DNA of 64,000 bases, taken from NCBI RefSeq assembly GCF_006345805.1, contig NC_042997.1:202988001-203052000 (forward strand), read 5' to 3'. Position 1 is the first letter of the stretch, and the number at the start of each line of letters is the position of its first letter. The notes below the pieces were generated by a model. The model was not told where the DNA came from, did not search any database, and worked only from the letters and a program-made list of their open reading frames with translations. Below are positions 27,501 to 40,712 of the stretch, in pieces. Source of the stretch: Octopus sinensis. Lineage: Eukaryota. The translations under genes and the position numbers were made by a program.

Positions 27501-30333
27501 TGTGCTTTTTTAAAATTCTTATGGTTTCTATGGTAGGATGCCCTTCTTTACACCAACCAATTTACAGAATATATTTGGTTACATTATCATTATTAGTATC
27601 AGCATTAGTGAGGTTGCCTTGTATCCTGCAAAACAAACAAGGTCCCTACTACTTTACATTGTTTTACTTTGTTCAGGATGTCACCAGTAAAATGAGGTTT
27701 GAAGTTAACGAGTTTCAGTTATACTCCTGTAATTGTATTTAGGTCAGAAATATATTCCAAACTAAAGTTTTCCATAAAATTTCTTTCTAAAGAAAATATC
27801 AGATTAAACATGATATCGTTGAATATATTTTGTTATCTACAGTCTTGTGAAACAGAAATTCCTAAACATATGGATTTTTTAGTTTTCTAAGGTAATGGTT
27901 AAACTTCCACCCATTCAAATCACCATTATTAAAGTTATTTAAAAGACATGACAAGACACTTTCTTCTTATCAGACACAATTTTATGTATCAAGTCAAATG
28001 TAATAAATGTAATGTGGTATGGGTACAGGCATGGTTGTGTAGGTGAGAAGTTTGCTTTCCAACCAAATAGTTTCAGGTTCAGTCCTATTGTGTGGCTCCT
28101 TCGAACAACCAAAGCCATGTGAGTGGATCTGGTAGATGGAAACTGAAAGAAGCACATTATGCGTGTGTGTTTGTGTGTGCCCTTGTCTTGACTTTTTGCG
28201 ATAGTCGTAAATAAGTGTCACTGTCATACAAACACTGTCATTTTTGATATTCTGTGAAAACGTGTAGCCATGGGAAAAAGTTACTTTGCTTGGAAACAGG
28301 TAAGGATTAGTAATAGGATGGGCATCCAGCCATATGATAATCTACCTCATAAACTCTGTCCCTCCCTGCAAGAAGGAAAAATGGATATTAACTTGATAAT
28401 GAATGTATGGCACCCAATCTCTAAAGATGCTCAACAATTCAGAAATAATTTAAAATACAGAAAACAAATATTTTTTTATAGCAGTTTAAATGCATTTATT
28501 TCCTTATATATTATTTATTTATTGTGTTTTTTCTTTTGATCTAAGAGTACTATTTGTTTTTTTATAGTCAATAGTTAAAATACTCCAGTAATCATGCTGG
28601 AATAACTAAATTTGATTCTCCAAGGTGATCTTTAGACAAAGTTAACAGGTGTCTGATAGAAATCCATATGTTGCAATGCTAACCCCTACAAATTGAGCTA
28701 TTAGTTAATCCCAATTGAATACACCAACATATAGATATCTGATCAACGACATATCATCATCATGTCTGTTTCATTCTATCCTTGCATTGGATTGGAAACA
28801 TCTTCACTACCAGCCTGGTATCTCATCACTTGTCATCTCCTTCATGAGGTTTAGCTTGTAGAGATCGGCTTTCACCATCTTTTACCATGTCTTTCTTGGT
28901 TTTCCTTTTCCCATTTGGATTGTTTGGCACTTCTTTACCCATCTGTCATCCCCATATATATATGACCTGTTCTGTATCTATGCAATCTTCTCTTCTGTAT
29001 ACACCTGGCTCCTTTTATGCCCTGTCTTTCTCTCAGCTCACCTGGCTGTGTTATTCATACACATTAACATCATATATATCCGCTGGAGCAGACTTGCTTA
29101 ATTTCTTTCCTACCTTCACACATTCAGTGCCCATATTTAGCTCCTGTGCAACACTGCACAACACACACCATACCATACTATACAATGTGCTCCTCATTTG
29201 GGAAAACAATTCCTTTATTACCAATAGAAGTGATAGTTTCCAAAACATTTTTCATCCATCTTACTCTGGTTACTATGCTTTCAGAACTCCCACTTCCGTT
29301 GCTAATTAAGTCCCTTAGGTAACAGAAATACCAGCCCCTTTTTAAGAGAGCCTTCTGAGTACTTGAAAGAATTTAGGTAATGGATGCTGTTAATATAATC
29401 ATTACAATGGACCTGCAGCATACAGAGTCTTCCTCCACCTTGTCTGTGATCCCACTACACCAAACATACACTGTACCATTATTTCCACAGTTCTTGAGGT
29501 TTACAAGAGCTCTGTATAATGCTTTGATTTTAAAGCTCTTCCACTCCTTTCTAACTGAAAACATCTGGCGAGTGAAACAGATCATTTGCTAACCAAACAT
29601 TGAGAGAAAAGCACCGTGAACAGATTTTACTTAGAGAACTCTAGGTTTGTGTTTAGCAGATTTTCAGGGCAGTGTTTTATTTCTTTGTATGCTGTTTTGA
29701 TCATCCAGATCTATGACTGTGGTGTCTAGCTATGACCATCCTTATGTTATGCTTATTGTTGGACAGTATCCAGGACAATATTATCCAATGTGGCCTTCAC
29801 TTCTTGATAAGATGAGGTGAGAGGAATTTTGCTGCTATTTCTAGCATGTTGATCAAACATGTAATGACTCCTTCATTGGCTAGAATATTGTTGCTGTTGA
29901 TTAAAGCCAGGTGAACCTTGATTAGACAGATGTGTTAAAGATATTCCAGCCTTGACCATCTCTCTTTTTTTTCTTTGGCATATCAATATCTGTGTCTTTT
30001 CCTCTTTTAAGGCAGTGTGATTTGAGGGACGTTTGGTTGGTGTTTTTAGCAGGTTGATTAAGCATGTGGAAGCACCATGTGTAATGTGTGGTGGTGAAAT
30101 TCCAAAAGAAAAAAACTGTATATCAGGAGGTGTGTTTGTTAGGTGGAGGTATAGATAGCATGTAGAGAAAAACAGAATTTTTGTTATGGTAAGAGTATAT
30201 ATTAACTGTCACAGCATTTATAGAGACACAGGTGATTAAGATTCATTTTCTTTCGCAGCAAGCTTACGTACATTATTATTTTTTTTTATGTATCTTAAGA
30301 TTGTATTTCAATATAAATAATTATTTTTTTCAG

Positions 30334-30395
30334 TTATTTGCATTCCAGTTGTTAAGAGGATTGGCATATTGTCACAAGAGGCAGATTTTACACAG
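30334..30395 (+). CDS. CDK14: CDK14-like exon (LFAFQLLRGLAYCHKRQILHR)
   Basis: Kinase subdomain VIa; tttcAG acceptor, GTATGG donor. Confidence 0.98.
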
Positions 30396-30433
30396 GTATG
30401 GTGATTCATTTTTGTTAGCCTTACACACACACA

Positions 30434-30720
30434 GGCGCAGGAGTGGCTGTGTGGTAAGTAGCTTGCTAACCAACCACATGGTTCCAGGTTCAGTCCCACT
30501 GTGTGGCACCTTGGGCAAATGTGTTCTACTATAGCCTCGGGCTGACCAAAGCCTTGTGAGTGGATTTGGTAGACAGAAACTGAAAGAAGCTGGTATGTTT
30601 ACGTCCCCATAACTCAGCATAAGTACTAGGCTTACAAAGAATAAGTCTTGGGGTCGATTTGCTCAACTAAAGGCGGTGCTCCAGCATGGTCGCAGTCAAA
30701 ATGACTGAAAAGAATAAAAG
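30434..30720 (+). mobile_element. tRNA-derived SINE, family A (other + copies near 4890, 6740, 7525, 8810, 18516, 20087, 25794, 28021)
   Basis: GGCGCAGGAGTGGCTGTGTGGTAAG (A box), GGTTCAGTCCC (B box), ACCTTGGGCAA(G/A)TGT CORE-like block, GTGAGTGGATTTGGTAGAC(A/G)GAAACTGAAAGAAGC. Confidence 0.9.
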
Positions 30721-31537
30721 ACACACACACACATACAGTGTTAATGTTTGTTTTACATTCAGTTATAATGGGAACAATTTTACATTAATCTGATGACTTA
30801 CTCCATACTTTTGTAGAGTATAAATATATTATTCTTACTTAAACAAGAATATTATTGACAGGCTTCACTGGTATCAGTCATGCTCAAATGGTGCTTTTTA
30901 CATGACACGTAAAAAGCACCACTTGAGCGTGGCCAATGCCAGTGCCACCTGACTGACTCCCATTCCGGTGACCCGTAAAAAGCACCCACTACACTCAGAA
31001 TAGTTGATGTTAGGAAGGGCATCCAGCTGTAGAAACCTTGCCAAATCAGATTGGAATGTGGTGCAGCCTCCCAGTCTTTTGTCAAACCGTCCAACCCGTG
31101 CCAGCATAGAAAGTGGATGTTAAACGACAATGACGAGTAACTGGAGTTTCAGTCAGCTAAGCTATTGTCCAACTACACACACATACACATGACAGGCTTC
31201 TTTCAGTTTCCATGTACCAAATCTACACACCAAACTTTAATCAATTCAGGGTTGTAGTAGAAGACACTTGACCAAGGTGCCATCCAGTGGGACTGATCCC
31301 AAAGCCATATAGATGGATAGCAAGTTACTTAACAACAGTCATGCCTTTCCCCATATATATATATATAATATATATATATATATATACACACATACACACA
31401 CACACATGTACATAAAATACACTCACATACCCATATAATGTATAGGGTCTGGTTTGAAGTGTTCTTTTTCTCTATTTGACCAAAGTGTATAATACATATT
31501 TATGTGGAAAGTTTTGTAGAATCTGATATTCTGGCAT

Positions 31538-31588
<51 letters not shown>
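31538..31588. repeat. Compound (CT)n(CA)n microsatellite; others include (TG)n near 6910, 18688, 20231 and (TA)n(GA)n near 52995-53053
   Basis: Direct reading. Confidence 0.95.
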
Positions 31589-31592
<4 letters not shown>

Positions 31593-33075
31593 TTTAGGGA
31601 AGATATATGTAAATTCTCATAAATAACAATAGGATAGTCATTACAAAAGATTTATCACACTTATTCATTGTGGTTTCTTTAAAAGTACCAAACTTGGGCA
31701 GCAGATTGGTAGAATGGTAAGAAAATCAGGTTGGTTGCTTTGCAGTATTTGTTCTGGCTTTTTGCATTCTGGTTAAGCTGGTCACCCATGTCCTATATGG
31801 TCGGTTAGCTTATCACTACCACCTGGCACTTTGGGTACCTTGGATAAACCCCACCCTTGCTGGTATTTAGGTCATGTCTCTGGTTTGAGGATAACTCCCT
31901 CCTTCCTGACTAAAAGATGAAAAATGATAAAACAGAACAAAATGAAACTCAACACCAGCATTAATAAAAGAAAATAGTGTTTAGTGAATTTATGACACGA
32001 TTGTATGGTCTTGAGTTCAATTCCTGGTGGCATCCTGTATCCTTGAGCAAGACCCTTTATTTTACATTGCTCCAGTCCAATCAGCCTGTAAAAATGGGTT
32101 GAAGATGTAATTCAAAGGGCCAACCTTGTTACATTGTCTGTCATGCTGAATCTCCCTGAAAACTATGTTACAGGTATGTGTGTCTGTAGAGTGTTCAATT
32201 ACTTGCATGTTCATTTCATGAGCAGGCTGTTCCATTGATTCAACTGGAGCATTTGTTGTCATAACCGTTGCAGTACCGATATTGCAGAGGAGGTGTGAGA
32301 GGCTGGATGTGGCCAGTGTTAACATAAAACGGGTAGAGTATTTTTGAGCTGGATACGGCCGGTTTGAATACAGCTGATTGGAGGATTAAATGACCCCCAA
32401 CAGTCTGTGTTATTTATAGTCATTAAAAATAACAGACGTCATCAATTGATGTTTCAAAAATTTTACACCATCAAGTGACCTTTGAGTGTCTAGTACATCA
32501 AAAGGGCTTAAGCATAAGCAGCCCTTATTGATGAAAGAAATCAAGTCATAAATGGGAGATTTATACAAGGGAAGAAGTTTTTTCTGACGTTTCTTTATCA
32601 TCAGATGAGGTAGATGATGATGATGATGATCCAGATTGCACAAGCAGTAATGTTTCAACTAGCTCTGACTGGAAAAAGTGCCCCAATGATTCCAGGAGAG
32701 CTGGTGTATTCCTATGCTATTCATCCTGCCTGCCGTCCAGAACTCTCCATGCAGTTAAACTATGTCCAGATCATGGAACAGGATGGATGGCCATTTTCAG
32801 GGCAGTAGATATTCTCTCCTCTTTTAACAATGACATTTTTATAAAGTATATCTATAAAATATATTAATGACAAAGGAGCAAAGATAGTATTAAAAATTTT
32901 AAGAAACTGAAAAATTTTCAATATCATATAAATACTAAAAGAACTTCTGAATTGCCCTGTATTATGGATAAATTGAATTGTATCAGTAACTTTGAAGACT
33001 TACATTTAGTGTTTGACTAATCAATTGTAAACCAAAAGCCTCTTCATTAATAATTCCCACTTGTTTTAATTTTAG

Positions 33076-33137
33076 AGACTTAAAGCCTCAGAATCTCTTG
33101 ATTAGTGATGAAGGGGAACTTAAACTTGCAGATTTTG
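33076..33137 (+). CDS. CDK14: CDK14-like exon (DLKPQNLLISDEGELKLADFG)
   Basis: Completes the HRDLKPQN catalytic loop and DFG; tttAG acceptor, GTAAGT donor. Confidence 0.98.
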
Positions 33138-34974
33138 GTAAGTATTCCAGTTGAAAATAATTTTGATATCCTATATATTTCGTTATGTGATTTTGAGGTA
33201 AATGCTATACTGATGTCAGTTATTGCTAAATGTTACATAATTATGCTGCACATTATTGTTTTAAACTATCCATTGCTGTCATGTTGTTACTATCATTTTT
33301 CATCAAAATCTCTAAATGAGAGAAGCACAAAGCTCCAGCTTCCTTCCCCCATCTTTCCCAGTCTTCGACTAACCTCATATTTCCATAATTTTCTTCTTTG
33401 TCCATTGCTTGTTGTCATTCAACGGTCAACCACAACCAACAACATGATTAGATGATAATATATAGGAAAGCAGTGAAGAACATACACTGGGATTGCAAAC
33501 AACCACCCAACTGAAAAAAAGTCCATTATCTGTGTGTGTCTGTTCTACCCTACTGCTTGGCAACTGGTGTTGGATTGTTTATGACCTTGTATCTTAGCAG
33601 TTCACCAGACGAGACCAATAGAATTAGTACCAGGCTTGAAAAAAAAAAAAAATACCAGGGTTGATTTATTTGACTAAAAAATCCTGAAGATGGTGCCCCC
33701 AGCATGATCACAGTTCAATGACTGAAACAAGTGAAAGATATGATATGTGATAGAAGTAGTATCGAATTAAAATAGCCATCCAGGTACCCTACTTGAATAC
33801 ATTGTTGAAAAGCAGATTTACTGTGGTATTCTTCCAGAGGTAACACCTCTTATGGATGTGCTGTGTTTAGAAATAATATATATCATGGGGAGACAATACA
33901 TATGAGACATTTTGACAAAGGAGAGAACTGAACTACAATTTCTTTATTTGTATTAAAATTCAACTCATCTTGTTTAAACATTGCAATATGGCTTGGGTGC
34001 TAATTAAGAGACTTGACCAATTTAATTTTAATTTCCAAACAAATCTCTTTTCCTACCCCAAACAATGTACACTCTTGTACTTAGTGTTTCTGTCATCATT
34101 GTACTTTTTGTATCCTGGTATGTTTGGTGAGAATCTTTGGGTGAGGAAATCATATTAAAACTTAAATATATTTTTTTTAACTTGTTGAAAGTGAGGAGGG
34201 GGGTAGACCCCATGAGACAGGTGAGCTTGATGTTTCATTTAGATTATTGCAAGTCACTGTTTAAAGGAAAGAGATGAGCAGGAAAAAGATTCCAGCGGGT
34301 CAGTGTTCTGGGGAGGAAGGACTGGGAATTGTGGTTAGTGCAGGGTGAGGTTAGAGGTGAATGGAACAAGAGTGACTAGAGGTGATGAGATGAGTGGATT
34401 ACAGTACCCAAGTGATGGAGCTACAAGAGCAACTGGCTCCAAGGAATTGTATCTTGTATTTGCTGAGAATATAAAAATGACATCAATCATTGACTAATAC
34501 TATTTTCCCCCTATCTGTAAATTTTTTTTATGGACCCTGCTTTAAGTATGTTAACACTAACTGTTGCTTTTCAAGTTAATGGCATTTCTGAATTGGTAAA
34601 TTTCTTATTAGAATTTGACCCAAGTTATTTTCAATTTGACCCCGGTTCTAGTCAAGAGGTTGGCTCACACTAAGTTATTAGATAACAAATACCAATAAAC
34701 TGAAAAACAGAATTTATGATTGGTAGATTGAACAGAGACAATGCTGGAGTTGACAGGATCATTTAGTGTTGCTAAGGTCCTGACAATGTCTCTAGTGTTG
34801 ACGCCATGGCAAAACTCACCCCATACACTGTGTAAAGTAGTTGATGTTAGGATGGGCATTTAACCATAAAGACCATATCTAAGTATGTGAGTGAGACATG
34901 GTCTTCTGGCCTGTCTAGGTGAGCAGTAATTCTGAATAAGAACCATAGAAAATGGGCATAAAAGAAATGATGTT

Positions 34975-35135
34975 TTCAGTCGTGTTTGTTTGTCCATGGA
35001 TAAGATATCTCAAAAACCGCTGGATGGATTCAGATGAAACTTTCTGGGATGTTTGGCCTTGTGACTGGCATGCACTGATTAGATTTTGGGATTGATCCAG
35101 TACCGGACAAGGATTCTGGATTATTTGTTATCTTT
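34975..35135 (+). mobile_element. Helitron/Helentron-like non-autonomous fragment (second piece at about 35617-35760)
   Basis: GTTTGTTTGTCC...ATATCTCAAAAACCGCTGGATGGATT...ATGAAACTTT resembles HINE/DINE-type cores; TACCGGA.AAGGATT...GGATTATTT occurs in both pieces. Confidence 0.55.
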
Positions 35136-35920
35136 ACTTTACATGATTATGATCTTATGTTGACTTTCAAGTCTTTCTCAATTATCTCCCTTTAGGCTGT
35201 TTCCAAAGTTTTATTTTTGTTTCTCTATTATTAATTTTACTCATGTCTCTATCTTAGTGGAAACTGATGGATAAAGAAATCAAACCACACAAACAAATGG
35301 CAGCAAAACTGTTCAGAAATTAAATAATACTAACATATTTTTATAATATATATATATTACATATTAACACTTTACATCTGTACATCGATCTAAAACAACA
35401 GGAGTACTAAAGGAAGGCCAGAAGAGAAGAGAAAGCCAAAAGATCTCTGCTATTCATTTAAAAATTCCTGAGTAGAGCTTACTATTATTACCTTTGCCTT
35501 TGAAACCATTTTGAATGGTGAATTTGTTAACTTTGGCTTATATGAGATAAGGATAAGCTATTTATTACTGTTACTAAATTTTCTACAACCACCTTCACAT
35601 TCCATGACTACCATTAGGAACGATCAGATACCGGAGAAGGATTACGGATTATTTTTCCGATTTTTTTAACGTCATTTTTGAGAGTAGTCAGGTTAATTTC
35701 AGTTGAGTTTATTTCAGATAATTTCATTTTAAAAATCATTTCTGGCTAATCGTTGAGATGCTCTTGTTTCTGTTATATTTAGTTTCAGACCTTTATCAAC
35801 TTAACACATTATTTTCATCATTTTCTTTCAGTTTATGCCTCTGACATTTTTTAAAAACTCCTTTGGAGTGTAGAGCAGTACAAAGAAAGAAAATATATTG
35901 GTTCTTTTGTTTTGTCTTAG

Positions 35921-36041
35921 GTTTAGCCCGAGCCAAGTCTGTTCCTAGTCGAACATATTCCCATGAGGTTGTCACTCTTTGGTATCGGCCGCCAGATGTA
36001 CTGCTTGGATCAACAGAATATTCCACATCCTTGGACATGTG
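35921..36041 (+). CDS. CDK14: CDK14-like exon ([40 protein letters not shown])
   Basis: PFTAIRE/PCTAIRE-type activation loop; cttAG acceptor, GTAAGT donor. Confidence 0.98.
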
Positions 36042-36451
36042 GTAAGTATAAGGTTAAAGCCATCAATAACCATTGCATATATTAGAAAATATCACTTTAT
36101 TTTACCATCATTTCTGTGGTTAACTGCAATGTTGTTGTTGTTGCACATATCACATTTAATCTTTATCTTAACTTAAAACTCAATTTAAGCAACCATATTT
36201 GGATTAGCTAATAATAATAATAATGATGATATTAGATTCTTTCCATTACATTTATTACTTCATGTTGCTCATCAATAATGAGAGTGATTGGAACCTGAAA
36301 TGGTAAACACTATGGAACTTGAATGTTAGAAACTTATTTAACTTTTTGTTGCTTACTTTTTTCTTTTTCCATTTCATCAAAATGAATGAATTTGGAACCA
36401 GAGCATTCTCTGCTTCGAGATGACTGAGATTGAATGCTTTTGTCTTTTCAG

Positions 36452-36545
36452 GGGAGTTGGTTGTATATTTACAGAGATGATATCTGGTGTTGCCACGTTT
36501 CCTGGGATGAAAGATACATACGACCAATTGGATAAGATCTTTAGA
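36452..36545 (+). CDS. CDK14: CDK14-like exon (GVGCIFTEMISGVATFPGMKDTYDQLDKIFR)
   Basis: Subdomains IX-X; ttcAG acceptor, GTAAGA donor. Confidence 0.98.
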
Positions 36546-37203
36546 GTAAGACATTGCATTGGTTTTCTTTGTTCATATTGGAAGCAGCGGTAAACGGCAG
36601 GACCATTTAAATATTTTGTAGCTTTCAGTTTATATATTGAGTTCAAAATGTGTGTGAAACCCTGATTTTCTTACCCCCACCAGCATGGACAACGGACGTT
36701 AAATTATGATGATGCTGATAACTTGTGGATTACATAAAGTAAAATACCAATCAAGTACTGAGCTTAATTCACTCAACAGTACTCCTCAGAAACAACTCTT
36801 TGCTTCAAATATCAAACAGTGGTGTGGTGTGGTGGGCCCTTAAATCCTGTTGTAGGGTACCATCAAAACAAATCTGGTGGCACCCCTGCTTTCTAGGTTT
36901 GAACAAAGCTGATCTCTTCCAGACTGAGAGAGAGAAGACTTAACACTGATGCTGGTATTTTATTTATCAATCCCAAAAGGATTAAAGGCAGAGTGGATAT
37001 GGGTGACATTTGACTTCAGAGTAGCAGGGAACTGAAACAGATACTGCAGAAAATTCTGTCCCTTATCTCAACAACTAAGCCAGATCACTGATTGACTCCA
37101 TGAATTCTATTTTAAGTTCATTGTTCTAAAATTTCAACTATTTGGTCGAAATAAATTGGTAAAACTTTATTTGAAATTCTGACCTCCCAAATCCTCTAAG
37201 TGT

Positions 37204-37420
37204 GAGGGCATGTGGCCTAGTGGTTAGCGTGTTGCACTCAGGATCACAAAATTGCAGTTTCAATTCCCAGACTGAGTGGTGCATTGTGTTCTTGAGCAAA
37301 ACACTTCATTTCATGTTGTTGCTGTCCACTCAACTGTAAATGAGTAACCCTGCAATAAGCTGTAATCATATTCATGGCAAATGTTGTGATCCCAGCCATT
37401 CATATACCAGTGGAAACTGA
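37204..37420 (+). mobile_element. tRNA-derived SINE of a third family (related copy at about 31975-32270)
   Basis: GTGGCCTAGTGGTTAG A box, TTCAATTCC B box, CTTGAGCAA(A/G)AC.CTT block. Confidence 0.7.
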
Positions 37421-37696
37421 GTAACTGGTCTCAGCTTTACCAAAAATGTTTTCCAATCTCCACCTGAAATACTATAGAGGGGAACTAATCCATGGTAGAC
37501 AACTCTACTGTAATTAATAGAACTAAGTTTGAAATCAATTTGACTAATTTTCTCTTCATTCCAATATCACTTTAAAAAGCATAACCCCTAAACACACCAC
37601 AGAGCAAATGTTTTGATTCTGTACAAGAATAAGATTTTATTATAAATCAGCTATAGCCAAAACTCAGTCCTGGTAGAGTAGGTAGGTATACCAACC

Positions 37697-38034
37697 ATGC
37701 AGGAGTGACTGTGTGGTAAGTAGCTTGCTCACCAGCCACATGGTTCTGGGTTCAGTTCCACTGTGTAGCACCTTGGGTAAGTGTTTTTTCAGGCCAACCA
37801 AAGCCTTGTGAGTGGATTTGGTGGGCAGAAACTGAAAGAATCCCATTGTACATATGTGTGTGTGTTTGTGTTTGTCCCCCACCATTGCTTGACAACTGAT
37901 GGTGGTGTGTCTACATCCCTGTAACTTAGCTGTTCAGCAAAAGTGACCAATAGAATAAGTCCTGGGGTAGATTTGTTCAACTAAAGGTGGTGCTCCAGCG
38001 TGCCCACAGTCAAATGACTGAAACAAATAAAAGG
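37697..38034 (+). mobile_element. Family-A SINE, near full length
   Basis: Same head and core; tail ...GGTGCTCCAGC...CAGTCAAATGACTGAAACAA. Confidence 0.9.
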
Positions 38035-38219
38035 TCAGGGTCAACAGTGTATTCCTCTTATATTAATGGGGGATACTTAAGATGTGAATAGGTTGCTGTC
38101 TCTCGCAGGTTGAATGCATTGCATCAGCATGAAGAGATGAATAACAGACGATGACCACTTTCACTGTTTGTGGAAGTTTCATTGGGAAATTATTAATAAT
38201 AATAATAATAATAATAATA

Positions 38220-38408
38220 ATGGTTTCAAATTTCGGCACAAGGCCAGCAACTTCAGGAGAATGAAGAAGTTGATTAGATCAAACTTCTGTACTCAAGTGG
38301 TACTTATTCTATTGACCCCGAAAGGATGAACAGTAAAGTTGACCTCGACAAAATTTGAACTCAGAATGTTGGCAGGCATGCTAACGCTTTTGCCAGCTTG
38401 CTGCCTTA
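38220..38408 (-). mobile_element. Family-B SINE with (AAT)n tail
   Basis: Reverse complement of the family-B head and core; (AAT)n at about 38196-38221. Confidence 0.8.
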
Positions 38409-38798
38409 ATACTACTACTATTAGTAATAAGAGTGACAATTCACATTAATGGATTAGTGTTGTCTGTCAGAGCAAGAACAGCAATTGTTTGGTGTTTGAG
38501 GTTTAATAATATAATAATGAAATTATTGTATACAGTGCTCATGTGCCCCACAACTTGTCAAAAGTGCATATAAAGCATATGCAGTAATGTACAAATGTCT
38601 GGGAAGCGAACAGTGTATGAGCCAGATACATGCTTGCGTGTGTATGGAGGGGAGAAAATCAGGTGTAGTGTTGGTGAATCAACATGAATTTTGTGTGTCT
38701 TTAGGAATGTCATAAACTATAACACGTTTATTTAATTCTAATTTCACATCTTATGTGTCTTTCGGGAATACAGGAAATTTCATTTCTTTTAATTTCAG

Positions 38799-38862
38799 AT
38801 CTTAGGTACCCCAACCGAAGAATCCTGGGAATCAGTAACGAGTTTACCTAATTATGATATAA
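38799..38862 (+). CDS. CDK14: CDK14-like exon (ILGTPTEESWESVTSLPNYDI)
   Basis: CDK LGTP..E.W...LP motif; ttcAG acceptor, GTATGT donor. Confidence 0.96.
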
Positions 38863-38921
38863 GTATGTTGATTATTAATTATCAAAATTTTGAATGTTGT
38901 TACTTTTGATTTTGTAACATT

Positions 38922-39125
38922 TTAACCCTTTAGTGTTCATATTACTCTGTCAAATGTAATGCTTATTCACATTATTATGGAGACTTCAATATTTTGATGA
39001 TGTGATAATTTATTTATAGAATGATGTTGTAGGGTAGGTGTGTGAGGCTTGATCAGGCCAGTTTGAACATAAAGCAAGTAGAATACATTGGCTGGATGTG
39101 CTCGGTTTAAATGCTAAAGCGTTAA
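38922..39125. mobile_element. piggyBac-type MITE, family 2 (related copies near 21437-21662 and 57350-57840)
   Basis: TTAACCCTTTAG...CTAAAG(C/G)GTTAA ends; shared internal TGTCAAATGTAATGCTTATT. Confidence 0.75.
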
Positions 39126-39591
39126 TAACTTTTTAATATTTTTCATCTTTATAAAATGAAAAATGAAGAATGCAGTATTTTTCCATATTGTTTACAATTC
39201 ATTCATTCTGATGATGATGATGGTTTTGCTCTGTCTCTGTTACTAATAAACAATAGTTGCAGTGTGTGCCATCTTACTTCCTACTTAGGACTTGAAAGCA
39301 TTTACATATTTAGTTCCCTAAACATTTTCCATCTGATACAATAGCTGTTTACCTTTATCCTTCTCTTCCCAATATTGTATTCAACATGGTTCTACATCTG
39401 TATAAGGATCTTTTAACCCCTCCTATGTTCACCTATATCATATAAAGCAGACATCCAATCTATACTATTTTCATTTCTTCTCTTGTATTTTTTCACCTTC
39501 GTATATATTATGCCTGTTGTTACTTTATAAATCATTTTGATACAGTTTCCTTCTTAAATTTTTGACTTCATTTTCTTTTTATCTTCAACAG

Positions 39592-39689
39592 CTAAATTCA
39601 ATTTGTATAGCCCCCAGCCACTTATTCCTTGTATCTCTAAACTTGGTTGTATACCAAATGCAGCTGAATTGTCAACAAGCCTTCTACAA
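39592..39689 (+). CDS. CDK14: CDK14-like exon (KFNLYSPQPLIPCISKLGCIPNAAELSTSLLQ)
   Basis: Phases 1/0 fit both neighbours; A.EL...LLQ helix; caacAG acceptor, GTAAAA donor. Confidence 0.93.
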
Positions 39690-39960
39690 GTAAAATCATT
39701 ATTTTTTATTTTATATTTTAATGTTTGAAACCTATTTCAGAATCTAATGATGTTATCCCAAATAAAATAGCTGAGCAAACTTTATAATCCTTTGATTATA
39801 AGTTCGATCCCATTGCACAGCACCTTGGTCTCCTACTATTCCAGCAGGTTGGCCGATGCCGTGTTAGTGGAATGTATCAATGAAATCCCTGTAGCAGCCT
39901 GTCTGTCTTTGCTAAATGTGGAGAGTTGTGTCCCTTTATAAATGTGTGTAAATATATATA

Positions 39961-40326
39961 CTCTCTTTTACTTGTTTCAGTCATGTGACTGTGGCCATGT
40001 TGGAGCACCGCCTTTAGCCGAGCAAATCGACCCCAGGACTTATTCTTTGTAAGCCTAGTACTTATTTTATCGGTCTCTTTTGCCGAACCGCTACGGGGAC
40101 GTAAACAGACCACCATTGGTTGTCAAGCGATGTTGAGGGGGAGGACACATATACATATATACGATGGGCTTCTTTCAGTTTCCGTCTACCAAATCCACTC
40201 ACAAGGCGTTGGTCGGCCTGAGGCTATATAGAAGAAGACACTTGCCCAAGGTGCCACGCAGTGGGACTGAACCCGAAATCATGTGGTTCGTAAGCAAGCT
40301 ACTTACCACACTGTCACTCCTACGCC
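39961..40326 (-). mobile_element. Family-A SINE, CpG-rich copy nested in an older SINE (other - copies near 11380, 18750, 19330, 31170, 60230)
   Basis: Reverse complement of the family-A consensus with many intact CpGs; decayed SINE halves at about 39770-39950 and 40330-40460. Confidence 0.9.
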
Positions 40327-40568
40327 TACTATAACCTAGTAATTTGATGAGTAGGTGTCAAAGTATCAAACTGAAATTAAGTACTGGGTTGACTGAAACC
40401 CTTCAAGGTGGTGCCCCAGTATGGCCACAGTCTAAAATTTACTGAAGCTATTAAAAACACAGGATATGTTTTGGAAGCAGTAATTTACTTTGTTGTATAA
40501 TTGGTTAACAATACCTTTGACCATATTCCATGGGTTGAAATATTTTCACAAGTTTATTTCTTTTTCAG

Positions 40569-40659
40569 ATGGAACCTTCCAAACGAATATGCGCCTCCGA
40601 CGCAATGAAACACGAATACTTTTGGGATCTCCCACCAAAGATTCACCAATTACCAGATG
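40569..40659 (+). CDS. CDK14: CDK14-like exon (MEPSKRICASDAMKHEYFWDLPPKIHQLPD)
   Basis: Subdomain XI P..RI.A..A..H.YF and the DLPP.I..L.D tail; ttcAG acceptor, GTAAAG donor. Confidence 0.96.
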
Positions 40660-40712
40660 GTAAAGTATTATCTCTTTTGCTGAAATCATTGGAAGGATGG
40701 TAATATTATTGC

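Noticed and set aside
37204-37275. tRNA-like sequence (GTGGCCTAGTGGTTAG...TTCAATTCC)
   Set aside because: No closed acceptor stem, and it continues into a SINE body; the family A and B heads are likewise SINEs, not tRNA genes.
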